From Longimicrobiales bacterium (GTDB lineage: Bacteria; Gemmatimonadota; Gemmatimonadetes; Longimicrobiales; Gaopeijiaceae): a DNA stretch of 64,000 nucleotides. The notes under the pieces are model-generated. The model was not told where the DNA came from and made no database searches. It saw only the letters and a list, made by a program, of their open reading frames with translations. The stretch is taken from contig CBDBCF010000001.1 of NCBI GenBank assembly GCA_965202985.1, forward strand, positions 800,001 to 864,000, written 5' to 3'. Each line of letters starts with the position of its first letter. The stretch's first letter is position 1. The position numbers and the translations under genes were made by a program. Positions 1-10,287 of this stretch are shown here, piece by piece.

Positions 1-482
1 GCGTCGCGCTGACGCTGGTAGGCCAGGATGCCGGCGGGATCGTCGTAGAACACCGCGCCGATGTACAAGTCGTCCTCGTCGAAGACCACCCGGATTTCGG
101 TGCGCTCGGACGGGCGACCTCCTTCCACGGGCTCCTGCTGCGTGAAGTCGCTTACCGGCGCGGCGCGGCTCCAAACGGCCTCGTCGATCTGCCCGTCCAG
201 CGCGATCTGGTCCCCGTCCCCCAGACGGAGAGCCTGGAGGCTGGGCCGGCCGTCGCGGTCTCCCGAGGCGGCGACGGCCGTCGCGCCCGACGCCTCCTGC
301 GCCCCGGACGGCGCCGGGCGCACCGCGAGAAGCGCCCCCGCCCAAAGCGCAACGGCTCCGGCAAGGACGACGGGACGGAACACGACCCGCCGGATCACGA
401 CGCGCCGAAGACCGCGGCCGGGCGCCGAGTCGGCCTCGCGCGGCGGGTCCGCTTCGCGCGCGTTTTGGTTCGCTGCCGTCAT
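1..482 (-). CDS. DUF5916/carbohydrate-binding family 9-like secreted protein, 5' part (runs off the window start)
   Basis: Manual translation gives a signal-like N-terminus then 'IALDGQIDEAVWSRA..DFTQQEPVEG.RPSERTEIRVVFDEDDLYIG'; ATG at 482 preceded by AGGA. Confidence 0.75.
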   Translation of the reverse strand, partial: MTAANQNAREADPPREADSAPGRGLRRVVIRRVVFRPVVLAGAVALWAGALLAVRPAPSGAQEASGATAVAASGDRDGRPSLQALRLGDGDQIALDGQIDEAVWSRAAPVSDFTQQEPVEGGRPSERTEIRVVFDEDDLYIGAVFYDDPAGILAYQRQRD

Positions 483-591
483 GTCCTGGATTCCCGTCTG
501 TTGCCAAAGCGCTTCGCTCTTGGCAGTCTCCGTCGGGCGGATCGGAGTCCGTCCGCTCCCCCAAGTCCCCCTCAACTTACTCCAAGACACC

Positions 592-1125
592 ATGACGCGT
601 TCCTTTGTTGACGCCCGATTCCTCGCCGTGGTCGGAATCCCCCTGATCCTCGCCGCCTGCGGCGCGCCGGAGTCCGGCGACGCTGCCCCCGAACCCGACG
701 CCGCCGCCGAGGCGGAAGCCAAAGCCCCGGAGGTCCGAGCCGCTCCGGTCGTCGCGACCCCGGCCAACGCCAACGAAGCGGAGGCCGAAGCGCTGGAAGC
801 CCTGCTTGCCGAGCAGCCCGGAGCTGCCGAGGCGATCCTGGCCGGACGGCCGTTCGCGCGGCCCGGCGACCTGCACGCGGCCCTGGTGCAAGCCGTGGGC
901 GAAGAGGCCGCCCGCTCGGTCTACGCCGCGACGTGGGTGCCCCTGGACCTGAACGACGCCACCACGGAGGAGATCCTCCTCATCCCCGGCGTCGGCGACC
1001 GGATGGCCCACGAGTTCGAGGAGTACCGGCCCTACGTGGACATGGACCAGTTCCGGCGAGAGATCGGCAAGTACGTGGACGAGGAGGAGGTGGCGCGGCT
1101 CGAGTCCTACGTGACGATCCGCTGA
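592..1125 (+). CDS. Lipoprotein with helix-hairpin-helix (ComEA-like) domain
   Basis: Lipobox LAAC; C-terminal 'LDLNDATTEEILLIPGVG' HhH motif; start moved to ATG 592. Confidence 0.75.
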   Translation: MTRSFVDARFLAVVGIPLILAACGAPESGDAAPEPDAAAEAEAKAPEVRAAPVVATPANANEAEAEALEALLAEQPGAAEAILAGRPFARPGDLHAALVQAVGEEAARSVYAATWVPLDLNDATTEEILLIPGVGDRMAHEFEEYRPYVDMDQFRREIGKYVDEEEVARLESYVTIR

Positions 1126-1177
1126 CCGCGCAGCGCCAGCAGGCGCGGCACAAACCGACGCGCAGGGGCCGGCCCCC

Positions 1178-2263
1178 ATGATCCGCCGGCTCGTTCTTCG
1201 CCTTCACCTGACGGTCGCCGTGGCGGCCGGGCTGGTGATCTTGGCGATGGCCGGCACGGGCGTGATCCTGTCCTTCGAGGGCGCGGCCCTGCGCTTGGCC
1301 GAACAGCGCTACTACGACGACCCGCCGGCCGACGACAACCGCAGCTGGGCCGTCGCGACACAGACCGCAGCATCGGCGGCGCGCGCCGTCCCCGCGACGG
1401 ACGGGTCCGTCGCCACGCCCAGGTCGATCGCCTATTCGGCGGACCCGAGGGCACCGGCGCGAGTGCGGTTCGGCCGGGATTTGGACGTCTACGCCGACCC
1501 CTACACGGGCGAAGTGCGGGGAGGCGGCTTTCCCCGGCTTCGCGCTTTCTTCGACGCCACGCGTGGTTGGCACCGCTGGCTGGGCGCCTCCAGCCCCTCG
1601 GGCATCCGGCGGGGGCGCTTCGCGACCGGCGCCGCCAACGCCCTCCTTGCGTTCCTGATCGTGTCGGGGGTCTTTCTGTGGCGCGCCGTGCCGCGAGAAG
1701 CGCCCCGAGCCGTTCACCGCCACCGCCTAATCGGCATCTGGTCGGCGGCGCCGCTGGCGGCAATCGCGGGCACGGCCCTTCTCCTTTCGTACCCTCGACT
1801 GGGCGACCGGGTCTCGGCCGCGACCGGCCACTTCCTGCCCTTGGGCGCCCTGGAAGCCGTCCGCATCGTCTCGGGTTCGGAACCGTTGCTCGACGTGGAG
1901 CGCACCCTGGATGCGGCGCGCGCGGCCGTGCCCGACTGGCGCGACCTGGTGCTGACGCTGCCTCGGCCAGGCGCCCGGGAGGTGCGTATGGAGGTGCGTA
2001 CCGGCGAAATCGGTCAGCCCCAGAAGACGGGCGTCCTCGCGATCGACCTAGCGACCGGGACGGCGGCCTGGGAGTCCTTTGCGGACGCCGGCCCTTCGCG
2101 GAGGGCCCAGCAGTTCTTCCGCTTCGCCCACACCGGCGAGTACTGGGGACCGGTCGGCCGAGCCCTTGCGGCGACGTTCTCGTTGGCGGCGGCGGCGTTG
2201 GCTTGGACGGGCCTGTCGATGGCGGCCCGCAGGCTCCGCGCTCGCGGTCGGCGGGCGGGCTGA
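1178..2263 (+). CDS. PepSY-associated TM helix domain protein
   Basis: 'RLHL..A...GL....GTG', 'VYADPYTGEV', 'GWHRWL', 'FAHTGEYWG' motifs. Confidence 0.85.
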   Translation: MIRRLVLRLHLTVAVAAGLVILAMAGTGVILSFEGAALRLAEQRYYDDPPADDNRSWAVATQTAASAARAVPATDGSVATPRSIAYSADPRAPARVRFGRDLDVYADPYTGEVRGGGFPRLRAFFDATRGWHRWLGASSPSGIRRGRFATGAANALLAFLIVSGVFLWRAVPREAPRAVHRHRLIGIWSAAPLAAIAGTALLLSYPRLGDRVSAATGHFLPLGALEAVRIVSGSEPLLDVERTLDAARAAVPDWRDLVLTLPRPGAREVRMEVRTGEIGQPQKTGVLAIDLATGTAAWESFADAGPSRRAQQFFRFAHTGEYWGPVGRALAATFSLAAAALAWTGLSMAARRLRARGRRAG

Positions 2264-2274
2264 ATCGGATCCGT

Positions 2275-3144
2275 TCAGCCGAGCGGCAACGTCCGGGCGA
2301 GCGCCGCGAAGTCGTCGGGCGACAGCTGCTCCGGCCGACTTCGGGGCGACAGCGACCGGGACTCCAAGGCGCGGGTCGCTTCCGCGGGCGTCAAGCCCAG
2401 ATCGGGGTGGCGCGCCAGGATCGTGCCGATCTGCTTGCGGCGCCACGAGAAGGCGGCGCGCACCAGAACGCGGACGGCGCGGCGCGAGGCGGCCGCGCTC
2501 TCCGAGGCGCACACCGACGCCGGCAGCGGCGTCAGTCGCACAACCGTCGAGTCCACGCGGGGCACCGGCCGAAACGCCGTTCGGGGCACGTCGAAGAGTC
2601 GCTTCGCCCGGGCGGCCAGGACCACGCCCACGGACAGGGCGCCGTAGGTTTTGGAGCCGGGACCCGCCAGCATACGGTCGGCCACTTCCGCCTGCATCGC
2701 GAGCACGATCTGCCTGGGACAGGGCGGCGTCAGCAGCCGAAAGACGATCGGCGTGGTGATGTTGTAGGGGATGTTCCCCACGACCCGCGTGGCCGACCAG
2801 TCGCCCGTGATCGACGGCAAGTCCAGGCGCAGCACGTCGCCGTGGACGACAGTGACTCGCGGGTTGTCCGCGTAGCGGGCGCTCAGCGCCGTCGCCAGGT
2901 CGTCGTCCAGCTCCAGGGCGTAGAGGCGCGCGTCCCGGCGCGCCAAGTGGTCTGTCAAGGCACCCGTGCCGGGACCGATCTCCAGGACGGGACCGCCGGG
3001 GCCGCCCAGCTCGCCGGGACCGTTCAGCCCGCTCGGGTCGTCCAAGGCCGCGGCCACGATCTTGCGTTGCAGGTTCGCGTCCACCAGGAAGTTCTGCCCC
3101 AGGGAGCGCTTGGGCCGTGGACGGGCGGCCCCTGCCCGGTTCAC
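2275..3144 (-). CDS. rsmA: 16S rRNA dimethyltransferase RsmA/KsgA
   Basis: 'KRSLGQNFL', 'VLEIGPGTGALT', 'GNIPYNITT', 'FRPVPRVDS'. Confidence 0.95.
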   Translation of the reverse strand: MNRAGAARPRPKRSLGQNFLVDANLQRKIVAAALDDPSGLNGPGELGGPGGPVLEIGPGTGALTDHLARRDARLYALELDDDLATALSARYADNPRVTVVHGDVLRLDLPSITGDWSATRVVGNIPYNITTPIVFRLLTPPCPRQIVLAMQAEVADRMLAGPGSKTYGALSVGVVLAARAKRLFDVPRTAFRPVPRVDSTVVRLTPLPASVCASESAAASRRAVRVLVRAAFSWRRKQIGTILARHPDLGLTPAEATRALESRSLSPRSRPEQLSPDDFAALARTLPLG

Positions 3145-3150
3145 GCGGCC

Positions 3151-4737
3151 TCAGACCGTCCGCAGCAGCAGCGCGGTCCGGTCGTCGGAGGGCATGGAGG
3201 GGATCGCCCGGTCGGCCAGCTCGAAGAGGCGGTTCAGGATCTCCGGAACAGGCTTCGAACGGGCGGCGGACACCGTGGTCAGCACGAGCTGTTCGCCGCT
3301 TCGCCGGTGCAGCCGGGCCAACGTGTCCGAAAGGCCGTCGGTGAAGAGCAGCAGCAGGTCCTCGCCGGGCGTCCACGGGGCGGTTGACTCGCCGTAGGGC
3401 GGTCCGTCGATGCCCATCGGCGGGTCGGTGGCGAAGAGCCGCCAGTGCTTGCCGCCCGACGCCACCACGAAGGCGTGGGGATGCCCGGCGTTCGAGTAGG
3501 TGATCTCGGCTTCGTCGGGCGACAGGACGCAGTAGCAGAGCGACAGGTACATCTCCGTGGACTCCAGCTCGTCGCCGATCGCTCGGTCCACGTGCTCCAG
3601 CACGGCCGAAGGCGATGCGCCCGCCTTGGCGTAGATCGCCGCGGCGCTCATGACCAGGGCCATGATGAGCGCGGCGGGGAAGCCGTGGCCCGACACGTCG
3701 CCGATCATGACGCCGACGCGACCCCGCGAGAGGGGAAACACCTGGTAGAGGTCGCCCCCGACGGACTCTGCCGGCTGCACTCGGGCCGCCGCCTCCACGC
3801 CCGCCAACGGCGGCACGGGCGGGAGCAGCTTCTTCTGAAGGTCGTGGGCCAGCGCCATCTCCTTCGACGCCCGTTCCCGGGCCACGCTCTCGCGGATCAG
3901 CCGGTGGTTCTCCAGCGCGGCGCCGATCTGGCTGGCGATCGCCGCAAGCAGCCGCTGGTCGCTCGTGGTGAAGCCGCCGCGCCGCCGCCGTCCGATCAAG
4001 TTCACCACGCCCACGATCCGAGTCTCCGCCGAATCGGCCTCCGCCGCGCGCGGCGCATAGCTGACCGGCACCGACAGCCACGTGTCGTGTTTGCCGGCCG
4101 CGCCGGCGTGCTCCGCATCCGCGACCTGGTCACCTGTCGCCAGGATCGGTCGCCCCTCGTTGAACGCCCGCGCAGTGATCGACGACCTGTCGTCCAAGCG
4201 CACGGACTCTCGCTTTGGAACACCGCCCGACGACGCGGCCAGCCGAAGCACCTTCTCCTCGGAGCGGTACACCCACAGCGAGCCCCGCTTGGCGCCCAGA
4301 ACCCGCGACACCTTGTCCAGGATGTGGCGCGCCGCCTCTTCCAGGTGAAGGATCGAGCCCAAGGTCTCGGCGATCGAGTAGAGGAGGCCGATCTCCTCGT
4401 GGCGGTTGGAGAGCTCGACGTTGCACGAAGCGATCTTCTGCGCCCAGTCGTAGGACCGGACCACGACGCGCTCCAGCACCTTGACGGCGGGCGTGCCGGG
4501 GGCGTGTCCCTCGACCTCGACGTGAAGCGGGGGCGCGCCTGGCGCTTCCAGGCGGATGCGCTGCCCTCCCGGCACCGGGGGGTCGTCCAGCCCTCGGGGG
4601 AAGCAGGGGACCAGTTCGCCGCCGTGCTCCTGCCAAGCCCGCACCTCGATCCCCACGCCCTCGCCGAAGTCCTCGAGGACGGCGGCGACGGGATCCGGAA
4701 GCGTCGGGGGCGCGACAGAGCTTCGGGTCAGGGACAC
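3151..4737 (-). CDS. GAF + SpoIIE/PP2C phosphatase (RsbU-like)
   Basis: GAF region, then 'VGGDLY', 'IGDVSGHG', 'NAGHP', 'FTDGL', 'DDRT'; GTG start approximate. Confidence 0.9.
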   Translation of the reverse strand: MSLTRSSVAPPTLPDPVAAVLEDFGEGVGIEVRAWQEHGGELVPCFPRGLDDPPVPGGQRIRLEAPGAPPLHVEVEGHAPGTPAVKVLERVVVRSYDWAQKIASCNVELSNRHEEIGLLYSIAETLGSILHLEEAARHILDKVSRVLGAKRGSLWVYRSEEKVLRLAASSGGVPKRESVRLDDRSSITARAFNEGRPILATGDQVADAEHAGAAGKHDTWLSVPVSYAPRAAEADSAETRIVGVVNLIGRRRRGGFTTSDQRLLAAIASQIGAALENHRLIRESVARERASKEMALAHDLQKKLLPPVPPLAGVEAAARVQPAESVGGDLYQVFPLSRGRVGVMIGDVSGHGFPAALIMALVMSAAAIYAKAGASPSAVLEHVDRAIGDELESTEMYLSLCYCVLSPDEAEITYSNAGHPHAFVVASGGKHWRLFATDPPMGIDGPPYGESTAPWTPGEDLLLLFTDGLSDTLARLHRRSGEQLVLTTVSAARSKPVPEILNRLFELADRAIPSMPSDDRTALLLRTV

Positions 4738-5177
4738 GAAGGGGGTTCCGGGCCGTCGCCGGGCAGGCGCAGCACCAGAGTCACCGAGTTGCCCGAAGCG
4801 TTGAAGATCACTTCGTCCATCAGCGCGCGCATGAGGAAGATGCCCCGGCCGACGGGCTTGGCGATGTTCTCGGGCAACGTGGGGTCGGGCACGGCGGCGG
4901 GGTCGAAGCCGCGTCCGTGGTCGGTCACCCGAACTCGGATGCCCTCGGTCTCGATCCGCAGCTCCACGCGCACGCGCTTGTCGGGGTCGTCGGCGTTGCC
5001 GTAGAGGATCGCGTTGGCCAGCGCTTCGCTGAGCCCGATTCGGAAGTTGAAGAGCAGGCGCTTGCGATCGGAACACACCGGCTCGCAACACCGCATCAAG
5101 TCCTCCACCGCTCCTTCTATGCGGGCGACGTCGTTCGGCACTTCCAGGACGACGGGCTCCGAAGCCGCGGAACGCAT
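4728..5177 (-). CDS. Anti-sigma factor kinase (RsbW-like, HATPase_c)
   Basis: 'LSEALANAILYGN', 'DHGRGFD', 'GRGIFLM'. Confidence 0.9.
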   Translation of the reverse strand: MRSAASEPVVLEVPNDVARIEGAVEDLMRCCEPVCSDRKRLLFNFRIGLSEALANAILYGNADDPDKRVRVELRIETEGIRVRVTDHGRGFDPAAVPDPTLPENIAKPVGRGIFLMRALMDEVIFNASGNSVTLVLRLPGDGPEPPSCP

Positions 5178-5194
5178 TGCGCGGACCAGCGGGC

Positions 5195-5527
5195 CTAGAG
5201 TCCGTCCAGCGCCTCCTCCAGCGTGGAGCGAATCTGGAAGAGGGTGTCCAGCTTGGTCAGCTCGAAGAGCGTCTGGAGGTCTTCGTTGAGGCCGGCCAGG
5301 CGCAGGTCGCCGCCCGCCTCCCGAATCTTCTTGGAGAGGCTGACGAGCACGCCCAGCCCCGAGGAGTCGATGTAGCTGGTCTTGGCGAAGTCGACCGCGA
5401 AGTTGCGGGCGCCGCCCTCGAGCGCTTGGAGGACCAAGTCCTTCAGCTCCTGGCGGTTCCCGACGATCAGCTGGCCGTCGACTTCGACGATCGTTGCGTT
5501 CGCGGCGTTTCGTAGAGTGAAGGCCAT
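5195..5527 (-). CDS. STAS anti-anti-sigma factor (RsbV-like)
   Basis: 'YIDSSGLGVLV', 'FELTKLD'; ATG 5527. Confidence 0.92.
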   Translation of the reverse strand: MAFTLRNAANATIVEVDGQLIVGNRQELKDLVLQALEGGARNFAVDFAKTSYIDSSGLGVLVSLSKKIREAGGDLRLAGLNEDLQTLFELTKLDTLFQIRSTLEEALDGL

Positions 5528-5604
5528 GTCGTGGCTTCCGGGCGGGTTGGTTCGACGGGGCGACGCGACGGACACGGACAATTGAACGCGCCCCCCACCT
5601 CCGA

Positions 5605-6630
5605 TCAACCCGCGCCCACCGGAGCCCCGCACGCTGGCCGTCCCGGCGACGGACCGGTCGGAGCCGCCTCTTCGCGGTCGGCGCCCAGGAGCGCGGTCAC
5701 GGCGGCCACCTGCACGATGTCCTGGACGGACGCGCCGCGGGACAGATCGGCCATGGGGGCAGCCAGCCCCTGCAGGATCGGACCCAGCGCCCTGGCCCCG
5801 GCCAGCCGCTGCACCAGCTTGTAGGCGATGTTGGCCGCGTCCAAGTCGGGGAAGATCAGCACGTTGGCGCGGCCCGCCACGGACGATCCGGGCGCCTTGA
5901 TCCGGGCCACTTCGGGCACCAGGGCGGCGTCGGCTTGCAGCTCGCCGTCGGCCTCCACCGACGGACACGCCTCGCGGAAGCGCCTCGTCGCCTCGCGTAC
6001 GGCGTCGATTTCGGGTCCGCTGGCGCTGCCCAGCGTCGAGTAGGACAAGAAGGCGACCCGCGGCTCGCCTCCTGCCGCCAAACGCCGCACCCGGGCCGTC
6101 TCCGCCGCGATCTCGGCCAGCTGCTCCGGCCGGGGCGACGGCACCACGCCCGCGTCGGCGAACGCCAGCACCTCGGGACCTCGCCCGCGAAAGTTCCGGA
6201 CCTCCATCAGGAACGAGGACGACAACGTGCGGACACCCCGTCGCAAGCCGACCCGCTCCAGCGCGGTCCGCGCCACCTGGGCCGTGGTGTGCACGGCGCC
6301 GGCCACCACTCCGTCCACGGCGCCCGCCCGCAGCATCTCCGCCGCCGCCTCAAGGGCGGAACCCGCTCCGCCCGGCGCCGCCGCGACTTCGATCCGACCT
6401 TCCGCGCCCGAGTCCTCCGTGCCCGGGGCTTCCGCGTTCGCACTTGTGTCGCCGAAGCGCGCCAGGAGAACCCGCGCCTCCGCACGGGCACCCACCAGCA
6501 CCGGACGGGCGATCCCCCGTCGGGCCAGTCGAACCGCCGCCTGCACCACTCGCGGGTCGGCGGCCTCGGGAAAGGCGATGGCGCGGTCCAGCGCACGGGC
6601 GCGATCCACCAGCTGGGCGGAGAAGCTCAT
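5605..6630 (-). CDS. pta: Phosphate acetyltransferase
   Basis: 'IAFPE', 'VAFLSYSTLGS', 'DGELQADAA', 'GPILQGL..P..DLSRG'. Confidence 0.88.
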   Translation of the reverse strand: MSFSAQLVDRARALDRAIAFPEAADPRVVQAAVRLARRGIARPVLVGARAEARVLLARFGDTSANAEAPGTEDSGAEGRIEVAAAPGGAGSALEAAAEMLRAGAVDGVVAGAVHTTAQVARTALERVGLRRGVRTLSSSFLMEVRNFRGRGPEVLAFADAGVVPSPRPEQLAEIAAETARVRRLAAGGEPRVAFLSYSTLGSASGPEIDAVREATRRFREACPSVEADGELQADAALVPEVARIKAPGSSVAGRANVLIFPDLDAANIAYKLVQRLAGARALGPILQGLAAPMADLSRGASVQDIVQVAAVTALLGADREEAAPTGPSPGRPACGAPVGAG

Positions 6631-6676
6631 CGAGACGAGGCGGGCCGCGGCCGGACGGGCGGCCCGGCGGCCCTCT

Positions 6677-7183
6677 TCACTCCGACGGCGTGAACCGCGA
6701 CCGCAGCCGTTCCAGCACCGGCTTCGAGACGAAACGGCTCACGTCGCCCCCCAGCGACGCCACCTCGCGCACGAGCGAGGCCGAGATGAAGGCGTGCTCC
6801 ACGTCGGGGGTCATGAACAACGTCTCCACGTCGCCCCAGAGCTCCTGGTTCATCTGGGCCATCTGGAACTCGTACTCGAAGTCCGACACCGCGCGCAGCC
6901 CCCTGATGATGAAGCGGGCGCCGGTGCGGCGGGCGAACTCGACCAGCAAGCCCGAGAACGGCACGCACTCCACGCGCGGCTCGCCGGCGAAGACGGCGCG
7001 CACGAGCTCGAGCCGCTCGCCGACGGGAAACAGACGTTCCTTGGTCTGGGACGAGGTCTCGGCTACGCCCAAGACCAGGCGGTCGCAGAACCGCAAGGTG
7101 CGGCGCGCCACGTCTTCGTGCCCCAGTGTGATCGGGTCGAAAGAGCCTGGGTACACGGCCACGATGGGCCGATGGCGGTTCAT
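6677..7183 (-). CDS. coaD: Pantetheine-phosphate adenylyltransferase
   Basis: 'YPGSFDPITLGH', 'RGLRAVSDFEYE'. Confidence 0.96.
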   Translation of the reverse strand: MNRHRPIVAVYPGSFDPITLGHEDVARRTLRFCDRLVLGVAETSSQTKERLFPVGERLELVRAVFAGEPRVECVPFSGLLVEFARRTGARFIIRGLRAVSDFEYEFQMAQMNQELWGDVETLFMTPDVEHAFISASLVREVASLGGDVSRFVSKPVLERLRSRFTPSE

Positions 7184-7782
7184 GGCGCGGCCCGGGGAGG
7201 GGTCGCGGCGGCGGGAAGGGTCGCCTCCGCGGGAAGGGTCGCGGCCTCGAACGCCGTCACGCCGGTCAGGATCGTGTCGCCGTAGCGCCGGCGGGTCGCG
7301 GGCAGCGGCTCGGGTGCCGGTTCGCGTCGGTCGTGCTCCACCCACAGCTCGTCGGCGAAGGGGTTCTCGGCGTAGAGCGACAGGAGGCGCGCGACCAGTC
7401 CCCGGTCGTAGGGCGGGTCGGCCAGGGCCACGTCGCAGCGAACGTCGCCCGCGGCCATCCGGCGCGCGTGGGCCAAGGCGTCGCCGTGCACCACCGTCGC
7501 CATGCCGCCCGCGTTCAAAGTACGGATGTTCCGCTCGAGGACCCGGACCGCCGCCCGGCTGCGCTCCACGAAGACCACGTGGTTCGCGCCCCGGCTCAGC
7601 GCTTCCAGACCGACGGCGCCCGAGCCGGCGAAGAGGTCCGCCACGGAAGCCCCGCCCAGCCGACCCGCCAACAGCGACATCCACGCCTCGCGCACGCGAT
7701 CCGACGTGGGCCGGACGCCGCGACCGGGAATCGGCGCCAGCCGTCTGCCCTTCCATCTTCCGCCGATCACTCGCACGAACAC
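7180..7782 (-). CDS. rsmD: 16S rRNA m2G966 methyltransferase RsmD
   Basis: 'RPTSDRVRE', 'DLFAGSG..GLEALSRGA', 'DPPY'; usual neighbour of coaD. Confidence 0.92.
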   Translation of the reverse strand: MFVRVIGGRWKGRRLAPIPGRGVRPTSDRVREAWMSLLAGRLGGASVADLFAGSGAVGLEALSRGANHVVFVERSRAAVRVLERNIRTLNAGGMATVVHGDALAHARRMAAGDVRCDVALADPPYDRGLVARLLSLYAENPFADELWVEHDRREPAPEPLPATRRRYGDTILTGVTAFEAATLPAEATLPAAATPPRAAP

Positions 7783-7786
7783 CGCC

Positions 7787-9559
7787 TCACTGCACCGGAC
7801 GAATGTCCAGCGCCTTCGCCTGGACCGTCGTGTGTCCCAAGAAGGTATTGTCGGACAGCCGGAACGCCACGTCCACCGGACGCGCGCCCAGGCTCTCCTT
7901 GGAGAACCGGGACCCCATGCCGAAGCCGACGGCGGGCAGCCCCGCGCGTCCCTGCACCATCCGAAAGCGCAGATGACCGCGGGGCGTCACGTCGGGGGGG
8001 CGGTCGAAGCGCACGCCTCGGGCCACGAACACCGGCTCCGGGTTGCCGCGGCCGAACGGTCCCAGATAGTGCAGGTAGCGGTGGAAGTCCCGGGTCATCT
8101 CGTCCAGGCCGATCTCCAGGTCGGCGTCCAGTTCGGGAAGGGGCTCCTCCTCTCCCAGCGCGCTGCGGGCCGCCTCGCCGAACGCCTTCCGCAGGGCGGG
8201 CAGGCGGTCCAGGCGCACGTCGAAGCCCGCCGCCTGCGCGTGGCCGCCGAAGCGCTCCACGTGTTCGGCGCACCGGGACAGAGCCGCATGCACGTCGAAC
8301 AACGGGATCGAGCGGACGCTGCCTCGACCCCGCTCTCCGTCGATCGCCACGACCGCCGCAGGACGAAAGAGCCGCTCGGCAATCCGGGACGCCACGATCC
8401 CGACGACGCCCGGGTGCCAGCCCGACCCCGCGACCATCACGGCCCGGTCCCGGGCGGGGTCGTAGGCGTCCGCCACCGCCGCCAGGGCCTCGGCCAGCAC
8501 TTCCGCCTCCAGCCGGCGCCGCTCCTTGTTGGCGAGCTCGAGATCTTCGGCCAGAGCTTCCGCCTGGGCGGAGTCGGCGGTCAGGAGCAGGCGCAGCGCG
8601 GCGTCGGCGTCGCCCACCCGGCCCGCGGCGTTGATCCGGGGCGCCAGACGAAAGGCCACCGCCGTCGCGTCCAGGCGTCCGCCGGGTCGGAGCGCCCCCG
8701 AGCGCGCCAGCAGCGCCGCCAACCCCGGCCGGGTCGAGCGGGTCGCCGCCCGGAGCCCGTAGCGGGCCAAGATCCGGTTTTCGCCCGACAGGGGGACTTG
8801 GTCGGCGATGGTGGCCAGGGCCGCCAGGTCCAGGTGCCGCCAGGCCTCGTCTTCGGGCCGCCCCAGCATTCGCGCCACCAGCTGGCCGACCTTGAACGCC
8901 ACGCCGGCGCCGCACAGGTGCTTGTTCGGGTAGGCGCAGCCCGACTGGGACGGGTTCACCACCGCCACCGCCGGGGGCAGCCGGGCGCCCGGACGATGAT
9001 GGTCGGTCACGATCACGTCGATGCCCGCGGCGGCGGCTTGGGCGACCGGTTCGCAGGCCTGGGTCCCGCAGTCCACCGTGACCAGGACCTGCGCCTTCTG
9101 CTCGACGGCGCGCGCCACCCCCGCGGGAGACAGGTCGTAGCCGTCGCGGACGCGATGGGGTACGAAGGCGTCGGCGCGCCCGCCCAGCGACCGCAGCCAG
9201 TCGGTCAGGAGCGCCGCCCCCGCCACGCCGTCCGCGTCGTAGTCCCCGTGCACCAGCACCCGCTCGCCGGCGCGGACCGCTTGGACCAGCCGGCGGGCGG
9301 CGGCATCCGCGCCCAGAAGCCCGGCGGGGTCGTGCAGTCCGGTGATCAAGGGGCGCAGGAACGACTTGGCGGCGTCCGGCGTGCGGTGCTCCCGGACGGC
9401 CAGCAGTCGGCAGAGCGCCCTGGGAAGGCGAAGGCTCCGCTCCAGGGACTCCACCACCGAGAGCGGGGGCAGGGGCCGGAGCTTCCATCGGGGGCGGGGG
9501 CGGCCCGGGCGGGAGCGGTCAGGGCCCGGCGCGCCGTTTTCCCCGGCCGCCCAGGTCAC
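7787..9559 (-). CDS. recJ: ssDNA exonuclease RecJ
   Basis: 'GDYDADG', 'TVDCG', 'TDHH', 'PRINAAGR', 'GGHAQAAG'; GTG 9559 overlaps the upstream TGA. Confidence 0.95.
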   Translation of the reverse strand: MTWAAGENGAPGPDRSRPGRPRPRWKLRPLPPLSVVESLERSLRLPRALCRLLAVREHRTPDAAKSFLRPLITGLHDPAGLLGADAAARRLVQAVRAGERVLVHGDYDADGVAGAALLTDWLRSLGGRADAFVPHRVRDGYDLSPAGVARAVEQKAQVLVTVDCGTQACEPVAQAAAAGIDVIVTDHHRPGARLPPAVAVVNPSQSGCAYPNKHLCGAGVAFKVGQLVARMLGRPEDEAWRHLDLAALATIADQVPLSGENRILARYGLRAATRSTRPGLAALLARSGALRPGGRLDATAVAFRLAPRINAAGRVGDADAALRLLLTADSAQAEALAEDLELANKERRRLEAEVLAEALAAVADAYDPARDRAVMVAGSGWHPGVVGIVASRIAERLFRPAAVVAIDGERGRGSVRSIPLFDVHAALSRCAEHVERFGGHAQAAGFDVRLDRLPALRKAFGEAARSALGEEEPLPELDADLEIGLDEMTRDFHRYLHYLGPFGRGNPEPVFVARGVRFDRPPDVTPRGHLRFRMVQGRAGLPAVGFGMGSRFSKESLGARPVDVAFRLSDNTFLGHTTVQAKALDIRPVQ

Positions 9560-10287
9560 TCGGTCTCGCCAGCTTCCTCGGGCGGCGCGGTGACGATCAC
9601 GCCGCAGGCCTCGCAGCGGATCAGGGGGGCCGACGCGCGGATCTCGTTCTGGATCTGCAGGGGAATCACAGAGTAGCACACGCCGCAGGCGCCGTCTTCG
9701 GTCATGGGAGACACGGCGGTCCGCCGCCCCCCTTGCGCCAGCTTGTCGTACACCCGTCGGCAATCCGGGTCGATCTTCGACGCCAGCTCTTCGCGGGCGT
9801 GCGCCAGCTTGTCCAGGTCCGACTCCAGCGTGGTCCGTTCCGCCGTCAGTTCGACCTTGCGGGGCTCCACCGCGGCCCGCGCCTCCTCCACGGCTTCGCG
9901 CTGACCCGCCAGCCTGTCCTCGAACCGAGCTATCTGGTCCATCAGGTTGATCACGTCCTGCTCTTCCGAGTCCAGCGCGCGGCGGACGATCCCAAGCTCG
10001 GCCTGCACGGCGGCTTCTTCACGCACGGTCCGAACCGATTTCAGACGCTCCTCCAGGCGCTCCATGCGCAGGCGCTTCTCGTCGACCGACCGCAACAGCC
10101 GACGTTCCTCCAGGCGCAGTTCCTGCACCCGCTGGGCGGTCGTGTCCGCCTCCTTCTCCGCGCCCTCGGCGGCGGCCTCCACCTCTTCCAGTCTCTCGCC
10201 GAACGACGCGATCCGGTCGCGAGCGTCCCGGATCCGTCCGTCCACGGTTTGCAGCTCCAACAACCGGTTGGAAACGGGATCGGTCAC
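9556..10287 (-). CDS. Coiled-coil + C4 zinc-ribbon protein (DUF164-like)
   Basis: Long coiled coil followed by 'CGVC...CEAC'. Confidence 0.88.
   Translation of the reverse strand: MTDPVSNRLLELQTVDGRIRDARDRIASFGERLEEVEAAAEGAEKEADTTAQRVQELRLEERRLLRSVDEKRLRMERLEERLKSVRTVREEAAVQAELGIVRRALDSEEQDVINLMDQIARFEDRLAGQREAVEEARAAVEPRKVELTAERTTLESDLDKLAHAREELASKIDPDCRRVYDKLAQGGRRTAVSPMTEDGACGVCYSVIPLQIQNEIRASAPLIRCEACGVIVTAPPEEAGETE

Noticed and set aside
3151..5527. RsbU/W/V-like partner-switching cluster as a novel system
   Set aside because: Well-known module embedded in housekeeping context
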